Position numbers and translations under genes: made by a program
The notes under the pieces: generated by a model
The model's database searches: none
What the model was told of the DNA's origin: nothing
The model's input: only the letters and a program-made list of their open reading frames with translations
Part shown: positions 1 to 11,096 of the stretch, in pieces
Layout of the letters: each line of letters begins with the position of its first letter
How positions within the stretch are numbered: the stretch's first letter is position 1
Origin: an uncultured Nitrospina sp.
Lineage (GTDB): Bacteria > Nitrospinota > Nitrospinia > Nitrospinales > VA-1
Assembly: GCA_964344595.1 (NCBI GenBank)
Contig: CAYFNV010000002.1
Location: 148,289 to 212,288, forward strand
DNA: 64,000 nucleotides
Direction: 5' to 3'

Positions 1-1003
1 AAACCCTGCTGGAAAGCATCACATTACAGGGAACCAGACGTAGCAGGTTCTCGGCATTTCCTCCAATATCCATATCCGGTGCACTATGAACCCCAATCCT
101 TCCCAAGATCAACAAATAGGGATTCTCTTCACGCGCGTATTGCAAAATTTTCTCGAAAACCTTGCCATCCAAAAGACGGATGGTGCAATCCATACCCTCT
201 TCTTCACATACTTTCCTGGAAATCTCCAGATGTGCCTGATAGATTTTCGCCAACCCTTTATCAATGATATCCTCATGGAGTTTTTCCTGCTGTTCAAACT
301 TGAACACCTTGGAAGCTTCACGGGACAAAACCCCCGTTAAACTATTGAACATGGCATAGTGGAAATAAGGGTCAAAGGTAGAAATTATCTCTAAAGGACG
401 ATTCAACTTTCTGGCCATATCAATACCTGTCAGTAAGCCACCAAAGGATTGGCCACTTCCATCAACAGCAACCACAATCTTCCCGCTTGAAGGTCTGTCT
501 CCGTGTATCTCAGGACAATATTTAACCACCAGCATATCTTTTGTGGTTCGGCGAATAACTCTTTCGGCAACGGTCCCAATCAAACTATCTTTTATGGCAC
601 CAAGCCCCAAAGCACCCATGACAACAAGGTCATAAGGAGACTCTTTAATATCACGGACAAGCTCAGTCCAGTTACGCCCTTCTAAGGATTTTCCCTCAAA
701 AGGAATACCAAGTTCTTTACATTTATCCTTGGGAACATCCAAGTAGGAATCGCTGATCACTTCCATCCCTTTAGTGATCAATTGATCATGAATATTACGT
801 TGCTTTTCTAACTCCTCTTCATCCTGATATTCTTCAGGAAGCCCACTTTCCATTTGACGAAACCGAACATCATGCATTTTAGCGGCATAAACATGACTTG
901 CGGTAATAGTCGTCTCTGATCCGTTAGCAAGCTCAAGCGCCAAATCCACACAGGCGTTGGAGTAATCAGAATTATCTACCGGTATATAAATATTCTTAAA
1001 CAT
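1..1003 (-). CDS. Universal stress protein family protein with two USP domains (C-terminal end runs off the window)
   Basis: Absent from the ORF track because no stop lies inside the window. My translation of the minus strand from ATG (complement of 1001-1003) stays open for 334 codons: MFKNIYIPVDNSDYSNACVDLALELANGSETTITASHVYAAK...DLVVMGALGLGAIKDSLIGTVAERVIRRTTKDMLVV...GKIVVAVDGSGQSFGGLL...YLLILGRIGVHSAPDMDIGGNAENLLRLVPCNVMLS. AGGGAG Shine-Dalgarno just upstream. Confidence 0.75.
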   Translation of the reverse strand, partial: MFKNIYIPVDNSDYSNACVDLALELANGSETTITASHVYAAKMHDVRFRQMESGLPEEYQDEEELEKQRNIHDQLITKGMEVISDSYLDVPKDKCKELGIPFEGKSLEGRNWTELVRDIKESPYDLVVMGALGLGAIKDSLIGTVAERVIRRTTKDMLVVKYCPEIHGDRPSSGKIVVAVDGSGQSFGGLLTGIDMARKLNRPLEIISTFDPYFHYAMFNSLTGVLSREASKVFKFEQQEKLHEDIIDKGLAKIYQAHLEISRKVCEEEGMDCTIRLLDGKVFEKILQYAREENPYLLILGRIGVHSAPDMDIGGNAENLLRLVPCNVMLSSRV

Positions 1004-1407
1004 TGGGTGAATTTCTCCCTTCCAGATACCTGGGATATATAGTTTTGAAAAATTGGAATTTTAATATTCTAAAATTAAAGGATCTCTAAATTAAGTCCAG
1101 TAATCAAATGCGGAATCAGACTCTATCCAAATACTTTACAGACGCTCGGCATTCTAGCAAATTATTCACCTCTGTCAATTAGAATTAAGGCAAGATAATA
1201 TTGTAATTATAGGTATTTGAAGAGTTTAAGCGCAACCGGTAAAAAAAGAGAGGGGACAAAATCCTCAACCAGCTGTATCAGAATATATTTTCTGGTTCAT
1301 GCAAAATCCTCAGAACAAATTTTTATAATCAAATAAGTGAGGTATTGCTAACCAAATTACTATAAATAAAGGGTATTTTTATCTGCAGTTTGGTTTATAA
1401 AGATGTT

Positions 1408-1436
1408 TTGCCAGAAAACAAATTTTTCGCTACAAT
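1408..1436 (+). promoter_or_regulatory. Candidate sigma70 promoter for the aldolase gene
   Basis: TTGCCA (1408-1413), 17-nt spacer, TACAAT (1431-1436). Implies a 5' UTR of about 160 nt before ATG 1601. Confidence 0.45.
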
Positions 1437-1600
1437 GCACTTGGCAGTAGAAAGTCCATTTACATACGATCCTAGCCGCTAACAGAAGGTACAACGACGC
1501 TGGAACCCGGAATCAATCTTATTTTCCAGGTCAATTCCTGAACCCACATCCCGATGTATGATATCCGTTACAATCAGGGACATACTGATAAGGAAGCACG

Positions 1601-2998
1601 ATGCTTTTTAACCAACGAGAAGAAATAGTCCAGCAACTCAAAAATATTGCCACCCTTGATAACGGTGGCCTGAAAATAGAAAATGCCGACAGCTTTAAGG
1701 GAGATGTGCTCGATCAATTGATCTATAACGCTGTTCTAAATCCTTCAGCAGAAATAAAAGGACTGAGCCGATTTATAATCAAATCTGCGGCCTTGGAGCT
1801 GGGTATAGTTAGTTCATCGATTCAGGATCTCTATGACGCACGTGGCCGTGGTGAAGTCAAAGGGTTCACAGTTCCAGCCCTTAATATTCGTGGTTTGCCC
1901 TTTGAGCTATGCCGGGCGATCTTTCGTACCGCGATCAAAACAAATTCTGGTGCCTTTATATTTGAATTGGCTAAATCCGAAATGGGTTATACCTTCCAAA
2001 AACCTCAGGAGTTATCAACCGTCATTCTCGCATCTGCAATTAAAGAAGGTTATAAAGGTCCTGTTTTCATTCAGGGTGACCATTTTCAAGTTAACGCTAA
2101 GAATTACGCCCAAGATCCACAAAAAGAAATTGCGGGCATCAAAGAACTGATTGAAAGTGGAATTGATGGAGGGTTCTATAATATTGATATCGACACCTCC
2201 ACACTTGTCGACCTCAGTAAACCCAATGTTGTCGAACAGCAACGTGCAAACTTTGAAGTTGGCGTAGAGCTTACTCAGCATGTTCGAGATCTGGAGCCAG
2301 AAGGCATCACCATCTCTGTGGGTGGGGAAATTGGTGAAGTCGGGAAAGAAAACAGCAATGAACAGGAATTAAGAGCCTATCTCGACAACTTTAATGAACT
2401 GCTGGAAAAAAATCGCAGTGGAGCTACCACCATCAGTAAAATTTCCATCCAAACCGGGACCTCCCATGGAGGAGTGCCGCTACCCGATGGAACTGTGGCT
2501 GATGTCAATCTGGACTTTGATACGCTTGAAAATCTGTCGAGAATATCCCGTGAAGATTATGGGCTCGCCGGAGCCGTCCAGCATGGTGCTTCCACCCTGC
2601 CCCAGAATCTGTTCAACAAATTTCCAGAATTAGAAACGGCAGAAATTCACCTGGCCACTGATTTTCAAAACATGATTTATGGAAGCGACCTGTTTCCCAC
2701 AGACTTTAAAGAAAAAATTTATGCCCACCTGAGAACAAAGTTTGCTGCAGAAAAAAAGTCTGGAGAGACTGACGAGCAGTTTATTTACAAAACCCGCAAG
2801 AAAGGGTTCGGTGAGTTCAAATCTGAATTTTGGGGATTGTCCAAAGAAATTCGCGAAGGAATTGGCAACGAACTGGAAGATAAAATGACCTTCCTGTTCG
2901 ACAAACTAGCTGTACAAAACACTAAAGATGCTGTCAACAATACTATTTCTGTCGTGCCTATTAAACCTGTCTTGGAAAACGAAATTTCATCCTGCTAG
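1601..2998 (+). CDS. fba: Class II (metal-dependent) fructose/ketose-bisphosphate aldolase family protein, long form
   Basis: 465 aa. Class II aldolase-like blocks PVFIQGDHFQ, GGEIGEVG, TGTSHGG, QHGAST. AAGGAAG SD upstream. About 100 aa longer than canonical FbaA. Confidence 0.75.
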   Translation: MLFNQREEIVQQLKNIATLDNGGLKIENADSFKGDVLDQLIYNAVLNPSAEIKGLSRFIIKSAALELGIVSSSIQDLYDARGRGEVKGFTVPALNIRGLPFELCRAIFRTAIKTNSGAFIFELAKSEMGYTFQKPQELSTVILASAIKEGYKGPVFIQGDHFQVNAKNYAQDPQKEIAGIKELIESGIDGGFYNIDIDTSTLVDLSKPNVVEQQRANFEVGVELTQHVRDLEPEGITISVGGEIGEVGKENSNEQELRAYLDNFNELLEKNRSGATTISKISIQTGTSHGGVPLPDGTVADVNLDFDTLENLSRISREDYGLAGAVQHGASTLPQNLFNKFPELETAEIHLATDFQNMIYGSDLFPTDFKEKIYAHLRTKFAAEKKSGETDEQFIYKTRKKGFGEFKSEFWGLSKEIREGIGNELEDKMTFLFDKLAVQNTKDAVNNTISVVPIKPVLENEISSC

Positions 2999-3361
2999 CG
3001 GAGTCCCCCAAAATCACTGTGAAAGTATCGAATCATCTCACCAAGAGTTAATTCTTCCTGACAAAAAGAGAATACATACAATTTAAATTCAAATTAAAAT
3101 CAACAGATATCCAAGCATCTCAAATTTTTCCAAAGCTTCTATATTATACTTACTCATGTTTATTCGAACTATGGCATTACCGATAACCCATTACCCGCCT
3201 AACTGATTAAATAATATAGGGTAATCCGGGGTCTCCTTATATTACCGCTCCTGTTTTTTCTAGTGGAAAACATCTTTCTTTGGCGATACAATCTGCCCAT
3301 CTTTTTACATTAACCAGTTAAACTTCCAGGTTCGATTGCCTAGATACGCGAGTTAATTAAA

Positions 3362-4543
3362 GTGATACATAAGCTGAAAGCTATGGCTTTTTCTCTGGTT
3401 TATTCTTTATCTTGTTTTCTTCTGCTTTCACTTTTTTGGGAGTATGGCATAAACGAGTCAGTTCTTAGCACGCCTTCTGACTCTCGCCTTAAGAACCTGA
3501 TCGCATATCTATGTATTTTTGGCTTGTCTCTATCAGTTCTGCTTCTGACTTTTAGAAACAAGTTTTTACCAGAAAGTTCAGACCGCTCAACTAGCGAGAA
3601 GCTTGCACAATCTATTTTTCAACATACACACGACGCCATTATCACAATTGATGCAAGCAGCAAAATCACACGGTGGAATAAAACAGCTGAAAATATATTT
3701 GGCTGGAGTCAAAAGGAAGTGCTTGATAAAAAGCTTACCGAATTTATTATTCCCAAAGTATTTCATGAATCCCACAAAAAAGGCATCACACATTTTATGT
3801 CTACAGGAGAAGGGCCTGTTTTAAACAAATGTATTGAGCTAGCGGCAGTGTGTAAGGATGGTACTGAAGTACCCATAGAATTGACTATATCCGCAATACC
3901 CTGGCAAGACACATTTTTCTTCTCAGGCATCATACGTGATATCAGCGAGCGTAAAAATATGGAGCAACAACTGCTGAGTAACCAAGCCAAACTAGAAGAA
4001 AATAATCAGTTATTGCAAAAGCTTTCCACTGAGGACAGTCTGACCAGTATCTACAACAGACGTTTTTATGATGATTATATTCACAATGAATGGAAGCGTG
4101 CCTCGCGTGATAAATACCCTATCTCACTGGTTATGATAGATATAGATTTTTTCAAACCCTACAACGACATCTACGGCCACCAATTAGGGGATGATTGTTT
4201 AAAGACCGTAGCCAAAGCCATAAAAAGTGTTTTTCATCGACCTGCCGATATTGTAGCTAGATATGGAGGAGAAGAGTTTGTCGTTGTGCTGCCTGAAACA
4301 GAAAAAGCCGGTGCTCTTAAAATTTCAGAAGAAATTAGAAACCAAATAGAAATGCTGAAAATCAACCATAGCGGTAGCAAAGTATCCTCCTACGTCACTG
4401 CCAGCCTGGGACTTGCCACAATAATACCGAATGAGGAGTTGAAAGATCCGAAACTACTAGTTCAGAAAGCCGATCAAGCTCTCTACGAAGCCAAAAGTAA
4501 GGGAAGAAACAAGGTCGTTAGTTATAATAGTTTGTCAAACTGA
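3362..4543 (+). CDS. Membrane-anchored PAS-GGDEF diguanylate cyclase
   Basis: 393 aa, GTG start. Two N-terminal hydrophobic helices and a PAS-like segment (ITIDASSKITRWNKTAENIFGW). GGDEF domain has an intact GGEEF and an RPAD I-site 5 residues upstream. Confidence 0.85.
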   Translation: MIHKLKAMAFSLVYSLSCFLLLSLFWEYGINESVLSTPSDSRLKNLIAYLCIFGLSLSVLLLTFRNKFLPESSDRSTSEKLAQSIFQHTHDAIITIDASSKITRWNKTAENIFGWSQKEVLDKKLTEFIIPKVFHESHKKGITHFMSTGEGPVLNKCIELAAVCKDGTEVPIELTISAIPWQDTFFFSGIIRDISERKNMEQQLLSNQAKLEENNQLLQKLSTEDSLTSIYNRRFYDDYIHNEWKRASRDKYPISLVMIDIDFFKPYNDIYGHQLGDDCLKTVAKAIKSVFHRPADIVARYGGEEFVVVLPETEKAGALKISEEIRNQIEMLKINHSGSKVSSYVTASLGLATIIPNEELKDPKLLVQKADQALYEAKSKGRNKVVSYNSLSN

Positions 4544-4653
4544 AAGTATTGATAATTTGACTAGAGGCTCTAATTTCATAAAACAGAAAAAATTTTGTTT
4601 CCATTTTTATAATATCTGCCATTAACGTATTTTCACAACTGACTAATCAAAGC

Positions 4654-6198
4654 TTATTCCAGCCAAACTTTCATATTGCGTTCTTCGTCTTGAAGTTCAA
4701 AAAGGACTTGAGGAACAAAACAGGACTTGCGGGCTTTGTCTTGAATAGATTGCAAATCAATGCTCTGTTTACGAATTGATTCTTTAACCGATTCGTCCAT
4801 CACCCCCTCAATATCATCGGCACATCGACTGGGCATGGTCAGACTGACTTTATTACCATTAGCTTTCACCACATAAACCTTGAGATAACGGGCCATCGAA
4901 TCAAAAGTCGGACCTTGAACACCACTTGTCACAGGTTCCAAGGTTAAAGCACGTGCTTGAGGATAAATATCTGAAAGTAGTTTATCCAGTGTAAACTGCC
5001 AAGGCATTGGAACATCTAAACGTTTCAACATGGTGGTCAAGCCATGTAGCGTTCGCATCAGGAAAATCAGTTGGGGTGGTGCTGAAGAGCGGAACCACCA
5101 TTTCATCTCTCCGACTATCTGGTCGAAACGTTCACTCATTCTCCAGTCCTTTACATGGTAGGGAGCTTCAATCAGAAAGGGTTCAAATAAAACAGACATC
5201 AAGGCAGGAAGAGTCGGACGCAAATCCTGCAATTTTTCCGGATCAAACCCCAAACCCGCAAGGCATGTGACCGGATCCAGGTTTTCCCTGTCACGCAAAG
5301 CCAAGATGATTCTTAAAAGCGTCAACCGAACATCATCAGGTATTTCCAAAACACTTCCAAAATCATAAATAATTAATTGGAAATAATCTTTTTTGTATTG
5401 ACGAAATGAAAAGTTCGCCGGTTGCGGGTCCGCATGGACAAAACCATGCCGAAATAGCATATGAAAATAATGTTGTAGCAATAACCGGCCCATTGCCTGC
5501 TTCTGTTCAGGCATCATAGTTTCCGCTTTATCTAAACCAAAACCTTCTTCTCTTTTCTGCACTAAAACATTTGGACGGGTAACATGGCTGAACACTTGAG
5601 GCACTACAATACGTTCCAGCGGGGGAATTTTCTGTCGATAATTTTCCTGATGTCCCGCTTCAATCCTGTAGTCCAACTCTTCGCTGAAGTTATTCCAGAA
5701 AGCATCGCGGTAACCATCCATCTTGAATCCCCATTTCGCCACCGGCCCCACTTTTGGTAACCACCCCATAATGTCCATCTCAGCTTCCACTGCTGTAGCA
5801 ATTTCAGGGTATTGAACCTTGACTGCTACTTCCGTTCCATCCTTAAGTCTTCCGAAGTGCACCTGCCCGAGCGATGCAGTTTTGCAGGATTTCTCCAGTT
5901 TTTTAAAAACAGTATCCCAGGTTTTGCCATAGGCGGTACTGATCAGTTCCAACACCTCATTAAACGGAATTGGCTCTAGTGAGTTGTTAAGCGATTCTCG
6001 CAGAGCCTGATCGTCCGTATTCATTGTCATGAACTGACCAACTTTAGCAGGTAGTCCTCGCGACTGGCCCAGCAGTTCCATCAAATAGTGCTGAGCCCAA
6101 TGGTGCTTTTCTTCTGAGGTGGGTTTACGCAACTTCCTTGCAGCAGCCCCTAATTTAATAAGATTTGCACCTCTTTTTAAAATAGCTCCAAATTTCAT
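4654..6198 (-). CDS. ABC1/UbiB-family atypical protein kinase
   Basis: 514 aa. Motifs ASLGQVH, VAVKVQYP, HADPQPANF, IYDFG. Confidence 0.8.
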   Translation of the reverse strand: MKFGAILKRGANLIKLGAAARKLRKPTSEEKHHWAQHYLMELLGQSRGLPAKVGQFMTMNTDDQALRESLNNSLEPIPFNEVLELISTAYGKTWDTVFKKLEKSCKTASLGQVHFGRLKDGTEVAVKVQYPEIATAVEAEMDIMGWLPKVGPVAKWGFKMDGYRDAFWNNFSEELDYRIEAGHQENYRQKIPPLERIVVPQVFSHVTRPNVLVQKREEGFGLDKAETMMPEQKQAMGRLLLQHYFHMLFRHGFVHADPQPANFSFRQYKKDYFQLIIYDFGSVLEIPDDVRLTLLRIILALRDRENLDPVTCLAGLGFDPEKLQDLRPTLPALMSVLFEPFLIEAPYHVKDWRMSERFDQIVGEMKWWFRSSAPPQLIFLMRTLHGLTTMLKRLDVPMPWQFTLDKLLSDIYPQARALTLEPVTSGVQGPTFDSMARYLKVYVVKANGNKVSLTMPSRCADDIEGVMDESVKESIRKQSIDLQSIQDKARKSCFVPQVLFELQDEERNMKVWLE

Positions 6199-6214
6199 TT
6201 ATTTTAGTGAAAGG

Positions 6215-9022
6215 CTAGCGTTTTAAACTGCTTTTGAATTGACTAACTTTTGAGATGATTCCATCTGGAATCTTTTCTTTGCTTCCTTTGGCTCTCATCA
6301 ATACTTCAAGTCGGGGAGTATCTGGATCTCGGAAAATTTTGCCAGCTATCTCGGCAACTTCCTCTTTATTGAGATTTTTAATTGCCTTAATTAGTTTCTT
6401 TTTAAAGCGGAAATCCCCTTTCTCATCTGTAGCAAGAGTATACAGGTCTCCTGCAACCGCCCCAATACTGTCCCCTTCCTTTTCCAGCGCTACGATCAGA
6501 CTTTGTTGATGCCTCTTAAACTCCTGGTCGGTCAAATCAGCAAATAATTCTTTTGTGGTAGCCAACCAGGTATTGACCCTTTTACTCATTTCAAAAGGGC
6601 CGTGCGTAGATGACTGAATCACCAAACGAAAAAATATGCGATCTTCAATGCGCTGATGAAAACTCCATACTATATATCCTAATTGCTGGTTAGTGCGCAT
6701 TTGAGTATAAAAATCACTTTCCACAATTGATGCAATGATTGAAGATTGAGCCAGTGATGAAAAACTCTTTTCACCAACCTGAATAGCATAAGCCAATGAG
6801 TTATTATTATCTGCTACCTCGCGACTGAAACGATACCGCTCCGCTTCCGGCATAATCTCCACTACCTGTTCAAATCGTTCACTTTCAGGCAATGGTTTAC
6901 TTCCGAGAGCTGACAACAAAATGTCCACACTTTGTCTCGCTTCGTCATCCGACCAGTTTCCATGAATCATTCCTGTCACATATACCCTGCCGTAAAGAGT
7001 TTTGGCAAAAGCTTTGACATCTTTCAAAGTAATCGAGGTCAAGGCTTTCAGCTTCTCTTCTTCTGTATATTGGTCTTGAAGAAGCATCAACCAGTTATAA
7101 TAACCTCCACGAGAATAGGCCTGGCCCAATTTCCGGTTATTTAATCCTCTCACCATCGCTTCTTTGATATTGGCAAACTTCTGTTCATCCACCTTCACTT
7201 CTTTCATATTTCCAGTCACCAGTTTGATTAAATCACCAATACGCTCTGAATAACCTCCTATACTCAGAATCACTCCTTTCTTTTGTATAGACAGGCTATA
7301 AGACAACCCTGCCATTTGAATAGGATAAACCAGTTCATTTAATCCTTCCTGCATCATGGCTTCATAAAGTTTTGCCAACTCAAGGTTTTTAGGACTACGA
7401 TAGACTTTGGGTGTTTCAATTCTAAAAGTCAGAGCAACTTTGGGTTGTTTGAATCGATGGTCATATTTAAACCAGACTTTTGCCTTATCATCATCCCTCA
7501 CTAAATGTGGATACTCCTCAATGAGTTTTAGATTATAAGGAATGAAATCATTTTTTTCGGGATAAAATATACCCTCCACCTTTCCAGGATGAGACAATTT
7601 ACTGAAAGCTTTGCCACCAATTTTTTTTATAGAATATTCGGCATCGTAGTAGGGAGCTTTGCTGTCAGTTTCAGCAGAATTGTGGCTCAGAATCACCATT
7701 GCATTTTCTGGAACCAAAGTATCCAACACCGCTTTATAGGCAGAGGGCTCAAATTCTGTAAAGAGGTACGGCAGAGTCTCAACATCCTTCAACTTGTAAT
7801 CATGCATGAGAGCGGCTTTGCCTGCAACAAAACCCATTCCCTCATCCGGGTTTTTCCAGTCAAAGTTGATCTGCGCCATAGCCTGAGTTTCCTTGAAAGT
7901 GTATTCTTCAATCCCATGCTTACGAACCATGTCAATGTATGCGAAAATAAGTTCTAAAATCCTCTCATATTCTTTCAACCCTTTTTCTGTCAAAGATATA
8001 TTAATGCCGAATGAATTAATATCCGGATGACTGCTTCCACCACCAGCGCTGAGGCTCAAAACAAGTCCCTCTTCTTTTAACTTGGAAAGCAAAGAACCTT
8101 TTCCCTCATATCCCAACACTGAACCAACAATCGAAGCAGGCTTGCTACCTTGATGGTTCTTGAGACGTATGGTTGGGAAATCAATTTCCAGTGAACGGAC
8201 ATCTTTGATAGTTTTAATCTTCAGTAACCGGTATTTTCCTTTTAGAGGCTTTCTGAACTCAGGAGAAAGTTGCGGAACTTTAACCGGCCTGTCGGGAATT
8301 CCAGCAAAATATTTCTGCGCAACTCCGGTAAGAACTTCCATAGGCATACTCGAAATTAAAGCCAGCTTCATATTGGAAGCCGCATAATATCGTTCATAAA
8401 ACTTGTTCAAAGCTGGGCCATTCGTTCCTGACAGCGTTTGCCGATTACCGGTTCCAAAATTAGCAACAGGATGACCCGGCTCCGACATCAGACCAGCCAC
8501 ATAATTCCCACGCCATCCATCATTGAGCTTGTTTTTTTCATGCTCATTGTTAACTGCCTTGACCTCTCTTTCAGAATAAGTTTTATCGAACAAGGGAGCC
8601 TTAAAAAAATCACTGAAGCGATCAAGAGCTTCATTAAAACCATCATGCGAAACCTGGAAAAAGTAATTGGTAATATTTCCACTGGTGTAGGCATTGGACC
8701 CTCCTGAATGAGAGTCAAGAAACTTTTTATATGAACCCACCTCAGGGTATTTTTCAGTGCCCAGAAACAACATATGCTCCAGATAATGAGCAAGCCCTGA
8801 TTTTTCATTGGGATCATATAGATAACCAGTACCAACAGATAATGCGGCAGCACTACGATGCACATCCGGGTCTGAAATCAAAAGAACATCCAGTCCATTC
8901 TCCAGTGAAAGTGTCTGAATTTTACGTTTGTCACCTTTAACCGCTTCTGCAGAAGATATAAATAGTGCTATCCAGAAAACCAGAACCAGTCCGGTTTTTA
9001 GAAATTTTCCAATATGATTCAC
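6215..9022 (-). CDS. Secreted M16-family (insulinase/pitrilysin-like) zinc metallopeptidase
   Basis: 935 aa. N-terminal signal peptide. Inverted zinc motif HYLEH in LAHYLEHMLFLGTEKYP. GTG start preceded by GGAGG. Confidence 0.85.
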   Translation of the reverse strand: MNHIGKFLKTGLVLVFWIALFISSAEAVKGDKRKIQTLSLENGLDVLLISDPDVHRSAAALSVGTGYLYDPNEKSGLAHYLEHMLFLGTEKYPEVGSYKKFLDSHSGGSNAYTSGNITNYFFQVSHDGFNEALDRFSDFFKAPLFDKTYSEREVKAVNNEHEKNKLNDGWRGNYVAGLMSEPGHPVANFGTGNRQTLSGTNGPALNKFYERYYAASNMKLALISSMPMEVLTGVAQKYFAGIPDRPVKVPQLSPEFRKPLKGKYRLLKIKTIKDVRSLEIDFPTIRLKNHQGSKPASIVGSVLGYEGKGSLLSKLKEEGLVLSLSAGGGSSHPDINSFGINISLTEKGLKEYERILELIFAYIDMVRKHGIEEYTFKETQAMAQINFDWKNPDEGMGFVAGKAALMHDYKLKDVETLPYLFTEFEPSAYKAVLDTLVPENAMVILSHNSAETDSKAPYYDAEYSIKKIGGKAFSKLSHPGKVEGIFYPEKNDFIPYNLKLIEEYPHLVRDDDKAKVWFKYDHRFKQPKVALTFRIETPKVYRSPKNLELAKLYEAMMQEGLNELVYPIQMAGLSYSLSIQKKGVILSIGGYSERIGDLIKLVTGNMKEVKVDEQKFANIKEAMVRGLNNRKLGQAYSRGGYYNWLMLLQDQYTEEEKLKALTSITLKDVKAFAKTLYGRVYVTGMIHGNWSDDEARQSVDILLSALGSKPLPESERFEQVVEIMPEAERYRFSREVADNNNSLAYAIQVGEKSFSSLAQSSIIASIVESDFYTQMRTNQQLGYIVWSFHQRIEDRIFFRLVIQSSTHGPFEMSKRVNTWLATTKELFADLTDQEFKRHQQSLIVALEKEGDSIGAVAGDLYTLATDEKGDFRFKKKLIKAIKNLNKEEVAEIAGKIFRDPDTPRLEVLMRAKGSKEKIPDGIISKVSQFKSSLKR

Positions 9023-9225
9023 AAACAGCCTCCAGTTTCTTTAAATCAATACTTCAGAATATAAAATAAACATTCATCACCGTTTATTATATCGGTCTCT
9101 CATTATCAAATGGGGTTAATTTTTTTTAATCTGCCTCTTGGCTCCAGTGAATCGTGCTGTCCCTGGCACACAATGGCTCATCATGGATATTAATATTTAT
9201 ATAAATTGCTTTTATTCTTAATATA

Positions 9226-10128
9226 TTAGTGGGAATTACTGCCAATCAGGAAAATACCAATCAGAATCAGCCCTCCTGCAAACAGACGTTGTGGACCAAA
9301 GGGTTCCTTTAACCTCCAACACCCCCAATAGACCACCATCAACACGCTAACTTGACGAAGCGAAACTATTGCGCTCAACGCTTCAAACTGAAGTACTACA
9401 CAAATCAGGCCGTAAGAACCCAGAGTGGCAATCCCTGCAAGCAAAGCCTTGTGCCATTCCTCTCTCCAGGTTTTCAATACATATTTTGCTGGATGACTGG
9501 TGAAAATATAAATATTGCAAATAATAAAACCTACAGTTGCTTCAAAGAAAAAGAAGGTGATTCCATTGGCAAACGGTTGATCCGGTAAATGACTCAAAAA
9601 AGATTCCATTCCTTTTTTGTCTACCAGGCTGTAACTGACAACCATTGCCAGTGTATAAAAAGCCCAACGTAAATCCTGCTGCCCCATAGCCTTCACCAGG
9701 TTTTTAAAACCTCGTATCAGATGTCCTTCAAAGTGCAGGATATAAATAGCAGTCAGGATAAGTCCAATCGCAAGAAATGTCTGAATGTTCAGGTGCTCAT
9801 CAAGTAATAACCAGGCGAAAACGGGAACAAATACAGGTGCAGACCGGGCAATGGGATAGACATAAGATATATCGGCAGTAGCATAAGCCCTGGAAAGGCA
9901 GAGTATATAGACTCCGTGTAAAACACCTGAGAGAATACTCCAGAAAATAATTTCTGAGCTTAATGGGGGCAGTCCGAAAAAAAAGTAGGCGGTCAGGGCC
10001 ATGATCATGATCCAAACCCCCTTCATAGCGGAAAAATACTGGGAATTTTTGCTGGTCTGGGTCAATATATTCCAGAAAGAATGCATCAAGCTGGAGAATA
10101 GAACCAGTCCTATATTAAAAAGTGACAA
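9226..10128 (-). CDS. EamA/DMT-superfamily transporter
   Basis: 300 aa, about 10 hydrophobic helices in two similar halves. TTG start with GGAG 8 nt upstream. Confidence 0.7.
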   Translation of the reverse strand: MSLFNIGLVLFSSLMHSFWNILTQTSKNSQYFSAMKGVWIMIMALTAYFFFGLPPLSSEIIFWSILSGVLHGVYILCLSRAYATADISYVYPIARSAPVFVPVFAWLLLDEHLNIQTFLAIGLILTAIYILHFEGHLIRGFKNLVKAMGQQDLRWAFYTLAMVVSYSLVDKKGMESFLSHLPDQPFANGITFFFFEATVGFIICNIYIFTSHPAKYVLKTWREEWHKALLAGIATLGSYGLICVVLQFEALSAIVSLRQVSVLMVVYWGCWRLKEPFGPQRLFAGGLILIGIFLIGSNSH

Positions 10129-10173
10129 ACGTTAAGCTCCAAAGCGTAACAACTCGTAAGCAGAATTTACAGT

Positions 10174-10515
10174 ATGCAGACTAAAATCGCATTCATTTCC
10201 TATCCGGTTTCAAACCTGGACAGGGCAGTCGAATTCTACCAGAAGGTATTGCGAAAAGAACCTTTGTTTCACCGAAAAGACTGGGCCGAGTTTGAATTGG
10301 ATGGTCAAAGGCTGGCATTACAGAAGTCCCCTGCTCCAGGAAAAGTTGGGGCTACGGTTTATTTTCTCGCCCGCCCAATTGAAGGTTTTATATTCCGATT
10401 GAAAGAGCTGGATGTTACTCTCGATGGAAACATAGAGGTCCATTCTTATGGTAAATTGGCCCGTTTTCGAGACCCCGATGGCAATATCCTGGGGCTCTAT
10501 GAACCGCCTGAATAG
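10174..10515 (+). CDS. VOC (glyoxalase/bleomycin-resistance fold) family protein
   Basis: 113 aa. VOC-like pattern IAFISYPVSNLDRAVEFYQKVL ... FRDPDGNILGLYE. Confidence 0.7.
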   Translation: MQTKIAFISYPVSNLDRAVEFYQKVLRKEPLFHRKDWAEFELDGQRLALQKSPAPGKVGATVYFLARPIEGFIFRLKELDVTLDGNIEVHSYGKLARFRDPDGNILGLYEPPE

Positions 10516-10580
10516 TATACTAACAGGCTGATAAGGAAATCCCATTGAGCGTATGTCTCTGTTGATGTACAATTGCCTAT

Positions 10581-11096
10581 ATGAACAATCCATTGACTCA
10601 CTTTAATGAAGAAGGCCGTGCACGCATGGTCGATGTTTCCGATAAAACTCACACCTCCCGAAAGGCCGTGGCCACAGGAGAAGTGTACATGCAACCGGAA
10701 ACCTTGCGGCTTATAAAGGAAGGACAGATCAAAAAGGGTGATGTGCTGGCTGTCGCACAAGTTGCAGGAATTATGGGAGCCAAGCGCACCCATGAAGTCA
10801 TACCTATGTGCCACCCTCTTCTTTTAACCGGTGTTGACATCAGCTTTCAGATCAATCAGGATCCGAATCCTGACACAGGACTTTGCTCTATAACCGTCAG
10901 TGCCACAGTTAAGGTGACTGGACAAACCGGTGTAGAAATGGAAGCGTTGACTGCGGTTTCAATGGCAGCACTCACCATTTATGATATGTGCAAAGCTGTT
11001 GATAGAGGTATGTACTTTGATCATATTGGATTGATTCATAAGTCTGGTGGTAAATCAGGAACCTTTAACAAAGAAGTGGTGGAGGCAGGAAAATGA
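10581..11096 (+). CDS. moaC: Cyclic pyranopterin monophosphate synthase MoaC
   Basis: 171 aa. MVDVSDK..., [23 protein letters not shown]. Confidence 0.9.
   Translation: MNNPLTHFNEEGRARMVDVSDKTHTSRKAVATGEVYMQPETLRLIKEGQIKKGDVLAVAQVAGIMGAKRTHEVIPMCHPLLLTGVDISFQINQDPNPDTGLCSITVSATVKVTGQTGVEMEALTAVSMAALTIYDMCKAVDRGMYFDHIGLIHKSGGKSGTFNKEVVEAGK

Noticed and set aside
9164-9179. TGGCAC motif that could be a sigma54 -24 box
   Set aside because: The GG-to-GC spacing is one nt short of the -24/-12 consensus (TGGCAC-ACAAT-GGCT), and no gene lies downstream in that orientation.
10516-10580. Possible Moco riboswitch upstream of moaC
   Set aside because: The gap is only 65 nt, too short for the ~130-nt Moco RNA motif, and it has no matching conserved stems.
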